Notes under the pieces: model-generated
Database searches by the model: none
Seen by the model: only the letters and a program-made list of their open reading frames with translations
What the model was told of the DNA's origin: nothing
Shown here: positions 51,970 to 61,782 of the stretch, one piece after another
Layout of the letters: each line of letters opens with the position of its first letter
Numbering within the stretch: the stretch's first letter is position 1
Position numbers and translations under genes: made by a program
Source of the DNA: Candidatus Bathyarchaeota archaeon
GTDB lineage: Archaea; Thermoproteota; Bathyarchaeia; Bathyarchaeales; Bathyarchaeaceae
Length of the DNA stretch: 64,000 nt
Direction of reading: 5' to 3'
Assembly: GCA_030608565.1 (NCBI GenBank)
Contig: JAUWDY010000004.1
Span: 14,103 to 78,102 of the forward strand

Positions 51970-53148
51970 ATGTCGAGGATAGACTACAAGAGCATTTTAA
52001 CCCTTCGATTTGTCTTTGAAAACTTGAACAGAGACCTCAAACTACTCTTCTTCTCCAACCTAATAGGCGCCTTCGGAGACGGCCTTTACTTCTACATATT
52101 GCCACTTCACATGGAAGAGCTTGGTGCAGGCTCAGTTGAAATAGGAATACTGTTCTCTGCATTGGGTTTAGCAGCAGCATTCACACCTCTCCTCGGAGGT
52201 TTCTTAGCCGACAAGTACGACCGGAAAAAAGTTATGATCCTAGGCTGGCTCATATGGTTGCCCACTCCAATCATTCTTTCGTTAGCGCAAAATTGGAGTC
52301 AACTGTTACCTGGCATGATCCTATACGGGTGTTGGATAGGTCAACCAGCCTCCAGCGCTTACATTGCAACTGCAACAGAAAAAGACAAGATGACACTGGC
52401 TTTTACTACGATCTCAGCTTCATGGTCGCTTGGATACATTTTCTCTCCAGCCTTAGGAGGCTATCTTTCAACACTCGTCGGCATGAAACATGTCTTCGGG
52501 CTATCCTTCGTTTTCTATGCTCTCTGCACACTCGGGCTCTTCTTTATCAGCGGTCAACACGCAACAAAAAAGCCTTCCCAGCCTCATGCACCTACTCCAT
52601 TCCGCAAAAAGAAAATTATCATCTGGGCAGTCTTCTTCGCAGCGATAATGTTTGTCATAACCTTAGCTAGACCATTCGTTACTCTTTTTCTCAAAGATGA
52701 ACTTCACTTCGATAGATTTCACATCGGCGTTTTGGGATCAGTTACTTTTCTGGGATCAGCAATACTAGCAGTGACTCTGGGCAGACTAGGTGATAAATGG
52801 AGGAAAGCAGGCGCCGTTTCCGTTTCAATCATGCTGGTTTGTGCATCATTCATCGGGCTTCTCTTCTTCAGGAATTTCTTTGCATTAGTTTTCCCCTTTT
52901 TCCTAATGGGTGCCACATACATGTTTTGGTCATTAATGGGGGCAGTGGTGGGTTCCATGGCTCCAGAAGCCTCAAGGGGACGATGGATGTCTGTATCACA
53001 AACAACGTGCATGCTGGCAGCGATTCTTGCCCCATACCTCGGAGGCATACTATACGACGCTTCACCGCACACCCCTTTCATAGTCGCAGTTGCAGCAACT
53101 CCGCTGCTGTCCATTCTAGCCTTGTCGAAACTACTAAAGGAAGACTAA
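51970..53148 (+). CDS. MFS transporter
   Basis: 392 aa, 12 predicted TM helices, GGFLADKYDRKKVM loop (MFS motif A, G..ADr.GRkk). Confidence 0.85.
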   Translation: MSRIDYKSILTLRFVFENLNRDLKLLFFSNLIGAFGDGLYFYILPLHMEELGAGSVEIGILFSALGLAAAFTPLLGGFLADKYDRKKVMILGWLIWLPTPIILSLAQNWSQLLPGMILYGCWIGQPASSAYIATATEKDKMTLAFTTISASWSLGYIFSPALGGYLSTLVGMKHVFGLSFVFYALCTLGLFFISGQHATKKPSQPHAPTPFRKKKIIIWAVFFAAIMFVITLARPFVTLFLKDELHFDRFHIGVLGSVTFLGSAILAVTLGRLGDKWRKAGAVSVSIMLVCASFIGLLFFRNFFALVFPFFLMGATYMFWSLMGAVVGSMAPEASRGRWMSVSQTTCMLAAILAPYLGGILYDASPHTPFIVAVAATPLLSILALSKLLKED

Positions 53149-53274
53149 GGAAACGTCCGCAAACTGTTTATTTATTTTCTGAGGCCTTCATGATTCATAG
53201 GCTCATATCATAGGATACAGAATATTGGTTATCTATTTGACGACATTGTATACATGCTTATTCAGTACGGACTA

Positions 53275-53441
53275 CCCCCTCAGGTATAGGGGGGCTATAG
53301 GGGGGTCTAATAAGAGAGAGACACGCCCAAACAACACAACAAACACAAAACCATACAGAAAACACAGCACATATAAACAACCACGCATTATATCGAACAT
53401 TCCACGAGGAACCAACCGTGACAGAACAAACAACAACCACC
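53275..53441 (+). repeat. copy C of the promoter-like G-tract/TATA core plus about 120-nt C/A-rich leader, directly upstream of the zinc-ribbon gene
   Basis: ccccctcaggtataggggggctataggggggtctaataagagagagacacgcccaaacaacacaacaaacacaaaacc... Core aligns with copy A (tataggggggGctataggggGtctaTaaAaagagaga). Confidence 0.7.
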
Positions 53442-53603
53442 ATGCCCACATGCACATCATGCCACAGAATCATAGCCCCAACAACAGAAGCAACAAAATT
53501 CCCATGCCCAAACTGCGGAGAAATAATCATATGGCGCTGCTCAAAATGCCGAAAATTCGGAAGACCATACCGCTGCCCAAAATGCGGATTCACGGGACCT
53601 TAG
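53442..53603 (+). CDS. small four-CxxC zinc-ribbon protein (COG2888 / HVO_2753-like)
   Basis: [53 protein letters not shown]: four C(P)xCG knuckles as in the conserved archaeal family. An upstream GTG at 53418 is an alternative start. Confidence 0.8.
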   Translation: MPTCTSCHRIIAPTTEATKFPCPNCGEIIIWRCSKCRKFGRPYRCPKCGFTGP

Positions 53604-53728
53604 GAGAATTTTTCTTCATACACTTGTTGCAGGCACCCCTGTGCATACATTAGATAAACTGCACTTTGACTAGTGAGATAATTTTAAATGGTCTCTATCC
53701 TCTGTTTTCATTAGAGGCTTTATAATAG

Positions 53729-54253
53729 ATGAATTTGCTAAATGCAAAGAACTGGATTTCAGTTTACAGCATGCAGCTCCGTAAAGCCGTTGAAAACAAG
53801 ATGTTTCCACACTTTCTAGCTACATGTCAATGGGCATCACTGGTCATAACCCTAGCTTTCAACCTGAATACGTCGGTTGCCGTGACTGGAGCAATAGCAA
53901 ACGGTGGACTCAAAGTAATCATGCTTTTCCATGTTTGGATGCTTTTGTTTGCAGCTGTTTTGTGCCTGATATTTTATAGAATAAGAAAAGAAGGAATTGC
54001 AGAGAGAAGCATTATCGGCATATCAATGATAACAATCTTGTTTTCAATTGTAAATATTTCTCTCCATTTCGTTAACGATTTCGTTTTGTTAATGAAAGCC
54101 ACAGAAGTGGTTACATGGTGTTTGTACAATACTATGTTTTCCGTGAGTATTTACAAAATCTCAACTGTGTTTCTCTTGCCAGTTCTAATGAGACCTAAGA
54201 AAATTGAGAAGGAAACACTTCGCACCAACAAGAAATCATGGGCACAGGGTTAA
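53729..54253 (+). CDS. hypothetical multi-pass membrane protein
   Basis: 174 aa, 4-5 TM helices. First gene of the Bat-like cluster. Confidence 0.5.
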   Translation: MNLLNAKNWISVYSMQLRKAVENKMFPHFLATCQWASLVITLAFNLNTSVAVTGAIANGGLKVIMLFHVWMLLFAAVLCLIFYRIRKEGIAERSIIGISMITILFSIVNISLHFVNDFVLLMKATEVVTWCLYNTMFSVSIYKISTVFLLPVLMRPKKIEKETLRTNKKSWAQG

Positions 54254-55623
54254 AAATGCGAAGAGCATCATCAGTACTGATTCTACTGATTCTACTTGTT
54301 TCCCTATTCCTTCTTTCCGTACTTTCTAACGTCCTAACGGGATACCCTGAATCTGCACGTCTACCAGAGACTGAGAAGGAACGGACAGGAAGAGAGACCG
54401 AAAAAGAACCATCCGTCCTCTTGTTTAAGGTTTCACCAGCTACCCCCCAACTATATTGGAGGGTTTGGAGCGCCGACTATTACACAGGGCGAAATTGGCT
54501 TAGAACAACGGATGAGAAAGTTCTAGAAGAGCTTCCTCAGATTCAAGACACCAATGCAACCAGAGTCTTCACCGTAGAAATCAACAGTAGTCAACGAGAA
54601 ATTTTTCTTCCATTAGCTTCAGCTAATTCGACCTCAGCAAACATATCTTTGGAGCAAACTGAGAATTTGGAGTTCTTCACGGATACTATTGGGAACGTCT
54701 ATAAGGTTATAGAACATGGGGAAGCGGCAGAAGAACCGTTGGTTTATGAGGTTTCATGGCGTGACACTGAAGTAGACGACAGATTTATTTCGCTCAATAA
54801 CATTCCAGAAGAGATCATAGACAAATATCTGCAATTGCCAAACATACCCCTTGAAATTCGGAAATTAGCTAGAGACCTGGAAGACTCATCCTATAGTGTC
54901 CTTGATCAAATTCTTGCTGACGTTCAATTTTTACGAATCAATTTTGTATATGACGACCAACGTTCGAAGTATCTGTACGAACGCATCACACAAGGTTCCG
55001 ATATTTCTTCTTACATAGAAAAGAGAAGAGGCGTTTGCATAGACGCGGCAACTGCGCTTGCTATCATCTTAAGAATACAAAGAATACCCGCAAGGATAAG
55101 TATTGGATATAAGCCGAAAGGAATGGAAGACGGCAAACTATTATACTATACAACTGGAGCACATTCCGTAACAGAAGCCTATCTCCCCCCTTATGGTTGG
55201 ATTCAATTTGATGCGACACCACCACTCGAAGAAAATCCCCTTGTAAAAGTGTCGCCCTTCAAAAAAGAATCCTCCCCTGGAAGCAAACTCTTCTATCAAT
55301 TCGCAATCACAAATAGGCGCAACTTAACGGACAACTTCAAGATATTCGTGGACAGTAAGCAAAAATGGAACATTGAAGCTGCCCCCGAAAAACTAAGGGT
55401 CAAACCTATTCAAACCGTCGATGCCTTGCTTGAAGTTACCATACCGGATGATGCAAAATTTGGCGAAAAAGACGTGGTAACCGTAACTGTAGCTTCCCTG
55501 AAGAGCCCACAGGTTGCATTTTCCATCTTGGTCATCACGCAAGTCGAGAACGTTCTTCATACCTCCACAACAACAACGCTTAGAAATACAGATGAGGTTG
55601 CCACTCGAGGAGACACTTTCTAG
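54238..55623 (+). CDS. secreted/membrane-anchored transglutaminase-like protein (upstream part of a reading frame interrupted by one TAG)
   Basis: Signal/anchor RRASSVLILLILLVSLFLL. Transglutaminase core RRGVCIDAATALAIILR...HSVTEAYLPPYGWIQFDAT (Cys-His-Asp). Confidence 0.8.
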   Translation: MGTGLKMRRASSVLILLILLVSLFLLSVLSNVLTGYPESARLPETEKERTGRETEKEPSVLLFKVSPATPQLYWRVWSADYYTGRNWLRTTDEKVLEELPQIQDTNATRVFTVEINSSQREIFLPLASANSTSANISLEQTENLEFFTDTIGNVYKVIEHGEAAEEPLVYEVSWRDTEVDDRFISLNNIPEEIIDKYLQLPNIPLEIRKLARDLEDSSYSVLDQILADVQFLRINFVYDDQRSKYLYERITQGSDISSYIEKRRGVCIDAATALAIILRIQRIPARISIGYKPKGMEDGKLLYYTTGAHSVTEAYLPPYGWIQFDATPPLEENPLVKVSPFKKESSPGSKLFYQFAITNRRNLTDNFKIFVDSKQKWNIEAAPEKLRVKPIQTVDALLEVTIPDDAKFGEKDVVTVTVASLKSPQVAFSILVITQVENVLHTSTTTTLRNTDEVATRGDTF

Positions 55624-55668
55624 ATAAACGGAACAGTTCTTACAGCCAGCGAAGAACAAGTCGATAAC

Positions 55669-57465
55669 ATGACCATTTTTGTTTTCCTGACAAAAACCAG
55701 AAAAGCTGAAGGTATAATCATTGGAAAAGGATATTCCAAACAAGGGGATTTTCACATTGAAAGTGCGGTACCGTATTTTGTGGAAATCGGAGACTATAAA
55801 GTGATTTGCATTTCTTTGGGAACAGCAGAATGTGCTCCATCCAACAGTGATTTTGTCATAAGAGCGCGTGCAACAACAAGAATAGAACTTGGCCCTGAAG
55901 AAGAATTCCTGTTAGGGTATGGAGCAATTCATGGCCAACTATTATGGGATAATGGAACCGGCTTTGCAGAAGCGTCCATTTCGCTTAGGACGACTTTTTT
56001 GACTACGTCATCAGAGGTTTGGGAATCGCAGAACCTAACATTCAGCGACGGTTCCTTTAGAATAGAGACCACGTTTGAGAACCCAGGGGTATATGAAGTG
56101 GAAGCGGTGTTTCTTGGAAATGAATATTTTTTGGGGAGTAATGCAACATGTGTCGTAGAATTGAAACGTGGGCTACCTACAATCCAGATTTTCGGTGAAG
56201 ACGTTGCTGTAAGGGGTGAAGTTTTTAACATCACCGGAACGATTCAATATGAAGACATAAGAGTATGGGGAGAACCTGTAACCATAGTTTATGGTAATCA
56301 ATTGCTGGCGACTGTTGAAACCAGAGACAACGGCTCCTATACATGGTCTTTCCCTGTGGACTCCGAAGAAACACTTGGACCACACTACTTCACAGTAGCC
56401 CTTAAGAAAGGCGATATATCCGCAGTTCACAAAGTTGTAGTAAAATCAAGAGCCACATTAAATACAAAGGTTTCCGATGTAGCCGGAGGAATGTTTGTCT
56501 TATTCTCAGCATCCCTTTCTGATGACCATGATCAACCTATCCAAGGAGCAAAAGTTGTCATCGATGATTACGGCTTATCATGGAAAACCGATAATAACGG
56601 AAACTTAACATTCCTTCTGGATAACGTCAAGCTTTGGCCAGAAAACCCGGTGCTAACTGCAAGGTTTGAAGGCTCAGAGAAATACTTACCTGTCACGACT
56701 AAGAAACAAGTTCTTCTTCAACCAGAGATTAGCCTACCTTTCCTCATACCTTTAATTTCCCAAACTTTAGTCATCCTGACTTTCATGTACGCCAAGCATC
56801 ATATAAGAAAGCGTCAAACGTCTCGACAAATCAGTGACATGAAAGTTGTGAAAGAGAGAGCAATTGTAGAGGAAGAACATATAATTGGGCCACAAAAAAT
56901 GCAACCGCTTACGATTGCTCTCCCTGACATAAAAGCCCAGTTTCCCAATGTCTGGGGCGTCGGGGACAAGTTACGTATAGAAGTTGCCCTCGATAGGAGT
57001 CTTCTAGAGGAAATAGAGAAGAAGAAGGTTGAGGTTTCGATTGACGAAAAGAACGTTGCTTTTGTCAGACTTTCTCAACAAGGACGCACTGAACTTTCTC
57101 ATGTATTCGTTAAGAAGGGTGAACACAAGATACGAGCGATCCTACGGAGAACATCTGGGCGTCGACCATGGAAAGCAGAGATAGAACTTCGCGTTGTTGA
57201 CTATGGAGAGGAAATCATCAGGCTTTATAATGAATTCTTAGGAAAGCTGGGCAATTATGGTATCTATGCACGAAACGAAATGACAGCACGGGAAATACAG
57301 AGTCTCATTTTGAGGACAGACGACTTTGACCCAGAAGCTCTTCACAAAGTGACGACCTGCTTCGAAAAAGCTGAGTATAGCAACCATTTGACAACCAGAA
57401 AAGACTATGAAATCATGTATCTATCCTTAAAGGAGCTGGACATCAATGTTGAGCAAACAGAGTAA
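55669..57465 (+). CDS. Ig-like repeat / TM / DUF4129-like protein (downstream part of the same frame as 54238-55623)
   Basis: Repeated beta-rich modules (RGEVFNITGTIQYED..), a TM helix (LPFLIPLISQTLVILTFMY), and a C-terminal region with the DUF4129-like tail (MTAREIQSLIL....FEKAEYS). In frame with the upstream ORF. Confidence 0.7.
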   Translation: MTIFVFLTKTRKAEGIIIGKGYSKQGDFHIESAVPYFVEIGDYKVICISLGTAECAPSNSDFVIRARATTRIELGPEEEFLLGYGAIHGQLLWDNGTGFAEASISLRTTFLTTSSEVWESQNLTFSDGSFRIETTFENPGVYEVEAVFLGNEYFLGSNATCVVELKRGLPTIQIFGEDVAVRGEVFNITGTIQYEDIRVWGEPVTIVYGNQLLATVETRDNGSYTWSFPVDSEETLGPHYFTVALKKGDISAVHKVVVKSRATLNTKVSDVAGGMFVLFSASLSDDHDQPIQGAKVVIDDYGLSWKTDNNGNLTFLLDNVKLWPENPVLTARFEGSEKYLPVTTKKQVLLQPEISLPFLIPLISQTLVILTFMYAKHHIRKRQTSRQISDMKVVKERAIVEEEHIIGPQKMQPLTIALPDIKAQFPNVWGVGDKLRIEVALDRSLLEEIEKKKVEVSIDEKNVAFVRLSQQGRTELSHVFVKKGEHKIRAILRRTSGRRPWKAEIELRVVDYGEEIIRLYNEFLGKLGNYGIYARNEMTAREIQSLILRTDDFDPEALHKVTTCFEKAEYSNHLTTRKDYEIMYLSLKELDINVEQTE

Positions 57466-58195
57466 ACTTTTGGTTTTGGCATTCTCAGTTCTTTTCCTCA
57501 TTATTCTTAAACATGTAATCGACCACAGCGTGGAAGCTCTCCATCAAGTTCTCCAACTAATCGCCTACGCGTCTCTACCTATTGCAGGCGGGTTGATTGC
57601 ACTTAGCTCATGTTCCCTCCTTGGAACCTTCACGGAAGTGGAAAACTCGGCAACATGGCATGTACTAAGATGGGTTTCAGAAGACCCAGCAAGAAATTTC
57701 TTCATAGGGTTTTTCATAACAGCCTACTTGAATCTTATTAGGCCGCCTTTAACTGCCAATCTGCCTTTTCTTCCATACATAGAATGGGTTATGATAGCAT
57801 TAGCAGTTTATGTAGTGTACGACATGACGAGACTCCCTACAAAAGAATTCTATGTCGGCTCTGAAAGCCTAGATTGGAAAAGGCATGTGCAAGAGGTGAG
57901 GCGTGAGACTGGACGTGACTTAGTACGCTTGACGTCCGTTATGGAACGGTTCGTTGACCATGGAGTGAAAGAGCCATTGCTGGTTTACTTGGCGTTACAC
58001 CTGCAAAGGTTAGGAGCAACTGAAGAAAGAATCCTCAAGACATTAAGCTCACTAACAGATTATCAGAAAAATGCAGGAAGATACAAATTGTTTTTCTTGG
58101 TTTTTCCTTGGACAAAAAGGAAATTCGCCATGAGGAACAAGGAAACTAGAGAGGTCCTATTGAACAATCTCCTTGAGAAAATTGATAGGGTGTGA
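57446..58195 (+). CDS. hypothetical membrane protein of the MoxR/DUF58 cluster
   Basis: 249 aa with 4 TM helices then a soluble helical tail. Overlaps both neighbours (operon). Confidence 0.5.
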   Translation: MLSKQSKLLVLAFSVLFLIILKHVIDHSVEALHQVLQLIAYASLPIAGGLIALSSCSLLGTFTEVENSATWHVLRWVSEDPARNFFIGFFITAYLNLIRPPLTANLPFLPYIEWVMIALAVYVVYDMTRLPTKEFYVGSESLDWKRHVQEVRRETGRDLVRLTSVMERFVDHGVKEPLLVYLALHLQRLGATEERILKTLSSLTDYQKNAGRYKLFFLVFPWTKRKFAMRNKETREVLLNNLLEKIDRV

Positions 58196-59172
58196 TCAGA
58201 ATGAATTTGGAAAAAGCAAGAGCTGCCTGTGATACCATAGTGGGACAGATACGTAGCCTGTACGTTGGAGATGAGCTACTAATCAAAAAGCTACTCGCGG
58301 CAACACTGGCCAATGGACACGTTCTATTTGAAGACAATCCCGGACTCGGTAAGACATTGTTAGCAAAAACGCTGGCTTTTTCAATTGACTGCAACTTTTC
58401 TCGAGTTCAATGCACTCCGGATCTCTTGCCAGCAGATATCCTTGGAACCAAAGTCTGGAGACCAAAAGACGGATCTTTCGAGTTGTTCAAAGGTCCAGTT
58501 TTCACCAACGTGTTGCTAATAGACGAGATAAATAGGTCGCCGCCCAAGACACAATCTGCTGTTTTGGAGGTTATGGAAGAGAGACAAGTAACCATTGAAG
58601 GGGAAACCTACAGGTGCGAAGAACCGTTCTTTGTATTGGCAACGCAGAATCCGATAGAGTATGAGGGCACATACCCTCTACCTGAAGCCCAAATAGATCG
58701 CTTTATGATGAAACTTTCCACTGGATACCCAAGAACTCTAGACGAAGAGAAGCTCATTGTCAAAAGACGCATAAAATGGAAGAAAGACGACCCAACAAGG
58801 GATTTGAAGCCAGTTATATCCGCAGAAGATTTCAGTTCTTTGCAAAGAGCAGTGGAAAATGACGTTTACATAGATGAAGTTATTATCAAATACATAGCAG
58901 AAATTGTCAGAAAGACAAGAGAACATCCACAAGTAGAAGTAGGATCAAGCCCGAGGGGAAGCCTTGCGCTACTTAAGGCTTCTAGAGCCATAGCACTTGT
59001 AGGAGGAAGAGACTTCGTCACGCCTGATGACATCAAGACTCTCGCCGTTGATGCCCTTGCCCACAGACTGATACTAAAAGTAGAGGACGTAATGAAACGA
59101 GTAGACGAACGGAAAATAGTCAAAGAAGCCCTCGACACAGTAAGCGTGCCAAAGGATTACCACCCAAGGTGA
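58192..59172 (+). CDS. moxR: MoxR-family AAA+ ATPase
   Basis: GHVLFEDNPGLGKTLLAKTLA (Walker A), VLLIDEINRSPPKTQSALLE (Walker B and sensor), ATQNPIEYEGTYPLPEAQIDRF. Confidence 0.9.
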   Translation: MIRMNLEKARAACDTIVGQIRSLYVGDELLIKKLLAATLANGHVLFEDNPGLGKTLLAKTLAFSIDCNFSRVQCTPDLLPADILGTKVWRPKDGSFELFKGPVFTNVLLIDEINRSPPKTQSAVLEVMEERQVTIEGETYRCEEPFFVLATQNPIEYEGTYPLPEAQIDRFMMKLSTGYPRTLDEEKLIVKRRIKWKKDDPTRDLKPVISAEDFSSLQRAVENDVYIDEVIIKYIAEIVRKTREHPQVEVGSSPRGSLALLKASRAIALVGGRDFVTPDDIKTLAVDALAHRLILKVEDVMKRVDERKIVKEALDTVSVPKDYHPR

Positions 59173-59178
59173 GCCTTC

Positions 59179-60498
59179 TTGACCTTGATCGCAAAGGAAA
59201 CCAATCTGCTCCTGACAGGATTCACCATAATCTTCTTCTTGGGTTTCCTTCTTGCCAACCCCATATTAATCTGCGCTTCATTCATTCCACTTTTCATATA
59301 TTTCATGAGAGCTTTCATTGCTCCTCCGGAAGTGAAAATCAAAAAAACTGGTCTGCCGAGTTCTGCAAGGCTCGACGAAACAATAGAGGTGAAAATAGCC
59401 GGCGAGATAACCGGCGGTCCTGGTGCAGTTGTCATCTGTGATGAGGTCCCAGAGCCTTTTCAACTCGTTGAAGGCAACAACTTCAAAATAGTCTCTAAGG
59501 GATTCAAGGATAAAGCATTCAGTTTTTCCTATAAGATTCAATGCACCAAATGTGGCACCTACAGGCTTGGGGTAGGTTGGGAAACGAGACATATTGTTGG
59601 ATTAACTCGAACTCATGTCTCAATTGGGGAGACTGAACAGTTGAGAGTGTTCCCCATATCGCCCAAAATAAGAAAAATGAAGCTACCTCTGCGTACGACC
59701 CAGAGGATACATCCTAGTGAAGGTATCGCCAAGATCGGTCCGTTGAGCACCGACTTTAAGGAGATTCGCAACTATTCCTATGGTGACCCATTCAAGATTA
59801 TCAACTGGAAAGCCTCAGCTAGGGCTGCAGGCCGTGGAAAGCTGTATCCAATGGTTAATGAATATGAACGAGAAGGAAAGCTGTCGATCTGGCTATTTTT
59901 GGACGCCAGTCCCGACCTTAGAGTTGGAACTTCATTTGAAAACGCCTTAGAATATGGTATACGCGCAGCATACAGCGTCTCTTACTATTTTCTGAGTAAA
60001 GGCTACAGCTTAGGCATGTACATCTATAATCATCAAGGAGAGACACTTCATTTTGATACGGGAAAAAAACAGTTCATCAGAATTGCCGACAACCTTCTCA
60101 AACTAACCCCTCCAGAAGTTGGATTACAGGTTTTCTGGGACGAGGGCTTTTCAAAAGCCGTAGAACGGAATCAGAAGTATTTGATCCCCCAATCTCCAGG
60201 GATAGCAATTATTACTCATGTGACCCCGAGCAATTGGGGTGATCTCCTAAATGGACTGAGGAAAATCTTGGTCTACAAAAGAAGAAAAAGGCAGCCTAAT
60301 ATCTTGCTAATCAACACTCTGCCTTACGATATTGTCCCAAAGGTTAATGATTGGGAGATATTTGCTGCTAAGATGCTTGATGCAGCCAGTAGAAGTTTTT
60401 CCAACAGGCTGCGAAATCTAGGAGCGACCGTGCTAGACTGGAACCCAAAAACGGAGAGTATGGAAATCACGCTGTTAAATACTATATGGTTGAGGTGA
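59179..60498 (+). CDS. DUF58 (vWA-like) protein, usual MoxR partner
   Basis: Two N-terminal TM helices, FKEIRNYSYGDPFKIINWKASAR (the DUF58 hallmark R.Y..GD....I.WK..AR), then a vWA-like LFLDAS segment. Confidence 0.8.
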   Translation: MTLIAKETNLLLTGFTIIFFLGFLLANPILICASFIPLFIYFMRAFIAPPEVKIKKTGLPSSARLDETIEVKIAGEITGGPGAVVICDEVPEPFQLVEGNNFKIVSKGFKDKAFSFSYKIQCTKCGTYRLGVGWETRHIVGLTRTHVSIGETEQLRVFPISPKIRKMKLPLRTTQRIHPSEGIAKIGPLSTDFKEIRNYSYGDPFKIINWKASARAAGRGKLYPMVNEYEREGKLSIWLFLDASPDLRVGTSFENALEYGIRAAYSVSYYFLSKGYSLGMYIYNHQGETLHFDTGKKQFIRIADNLLKLTPPEVGLQVFWDEGFSKAVERNQKYLIPQSPGIAIITHVTPSNWGDLLNGLRKILVYKRRKRQPNILLINTLPYDIVPKVNDWEIFAAKMLDAASRSFSNRLRNLGATVLDWNPKTESMEITLLNTIWLR

Positions 60499-60505
60499 AA
60501 TATCC

Positions 60506-61312
60506 TTGAAATTGACAAAAATAACGCCAGTGATGCTACAATTCACTGTTATCGTATTAATGAGTGTGGCTGCCTCTTACACCTTTCAGCATACCGAGAC
60601 CACATATCAAATAAATGGGCTATGCTTCTACCGCTACTTGGCATACATCATTACCGTTTTTCTTGGCTACATATGCTTCTCTAAATACAAGAAATATATT
60701 GCTCTAGCCTTCTCTATTGGGCTTTCTGCAGTGGCACTCTCTCCCATCGGTCATGAAGCCATAGAGTTGTTCCCATTGATAGTTCCTTTTTTAGCTGTGC
60801 TGATGGGAGTCACCACGATCTTGATTGTCCCAAGCTCTAGGGGTAGAGGATTCTTTGAGTTTCTTGTAGTACTAATTCTGCCTGCTATTTTGGCGGAGTC
60901 ACGGATAGGAGGGTCATTTCGACTACTTGCGACCATAGAATCCATCAGCTATTATGAACTTTCAGCCGTAACCGTTAGCATTGTGGGAGGATGCTTCTTT
61001 CTTAGATATGCGACCTTGGCAAGATTAAGTAGCCTTGAACTTTTGTCTAATGGAGGCAACAAAAAAGATGTGGCCGAGGTTAGCAGGCGGTGCAACATCC
61101 TAATCAGTCTCATTGTCATTAGCGCTTCTGGAATAGCCGCGTTTTTAATGGTCGCAGCACCCATCGTTGCGGATGTTCTTCGCGCTGCAGCTGTTACGCT
61201 ACCACTTTACGTCCTCGGCTTAGCATTGGGTGCTGGAATTGCTGTAACAACGATTTTCTACATTTTCCAGCTTTCTCAAGAGCAAACCACGTACACGCTT
61301 CACACAAAGTAG
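60506..61312 (+). CDS. hypothetical multi-pass membrane protein (TTG start)
   Basis: 268 aa, about 8 TM helices. Last gene of the cluster. Confidence 0.5.
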   Translation: MKLTKITPVMLQFTVIVLMSVAASYTFQHTETTYQINGLCFYRYLAYIITVFLGYICFSKYKKYIALAFSIGLSAVALSPIGHEAIELFPLIVPFLAVLMGVTTILIVPSSRGRGFFEFLVVLILPAILAESRIGGSFRLLATIESISYYELSAVTVSIVGGCFFLRYATLARLSSLELLSNGGNKKDVAEVSRRCNILISLIVISASGIAAFLMVAAPIVADVLRAAAVTLPLYVLGLALGAGIAVTTIFYIFQLSQEQTTYTLHTK

Positions 61313-61782
61313 ACGCTGCTGTACATACGATAATAACAGAAGGACTTGACGTAACACTAGATTCATAAACCGTGTACTCCTAGCTACCAAGTATACCACA
61401 AAAACAGAGTGAAACCGCCACCATGCGCTATATGCTAAATTAGGCTCACTCGATTTCTCATATGAAATGCGAGGGGATATCAACACTCTAGGGGTTAGAG
61501 AACCTGATATCAACTAAAAAAGGAGAAACAAGAGGTAAAAATTCAAGCATGCATGAAAATTTCTTCCATAGGTATTAAGATTTGATGCAGCAAACATAAT
61601 GAATGATGTAATGTGCGTGCGAAACTTGTCTTGTTCAAATGGTTCACTAATAGAAAGGACTAGCCCAATTTTGGAGGAAACGTCAGAGAGTTGATATAAT
61701 GATTCATTTCTTCACTTTAGTTCCTAGGATCATCGGCTCTTTGTCAATTCGTTGCTAATTTAGGACGAACAAGAAAATGGAG

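Noticed and set aside
7391-53441. Direct-orientation copies A and C of the promoter/leader repeat as ends of a 46-kb integrated element
   Set aside because: The interval contains core genes (thrS, proS, eS26, EndoQ, tRNA-Leu, the AMP pathway). The repeats look like promoters with leaders rather than att sites.
53225-53653. 142-aa plus-strand ORF spanning repeat copy C and the zinc-ribbon gene
   Set aside because: Its translation is low-complexity (N/T/R/H/K-rich), produced by the C/A-rich leader. The conserved four-CxxC zinc-ribbon protein in another frame explains the coding part.
55621-55623. Pyrrolysine decoding of the in-frame TAG (and selenocysteine for the TGA at 19732-19734)
   Set aside because: TAG and TGA both terminate well-conserved genes elsewhere in the window at the expected positions. 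The interrupted positions are not catalytic, and no pyl or sel genes or SECIS-like hairpin are seen here. Kept only as a remote possibility under the respective findings.
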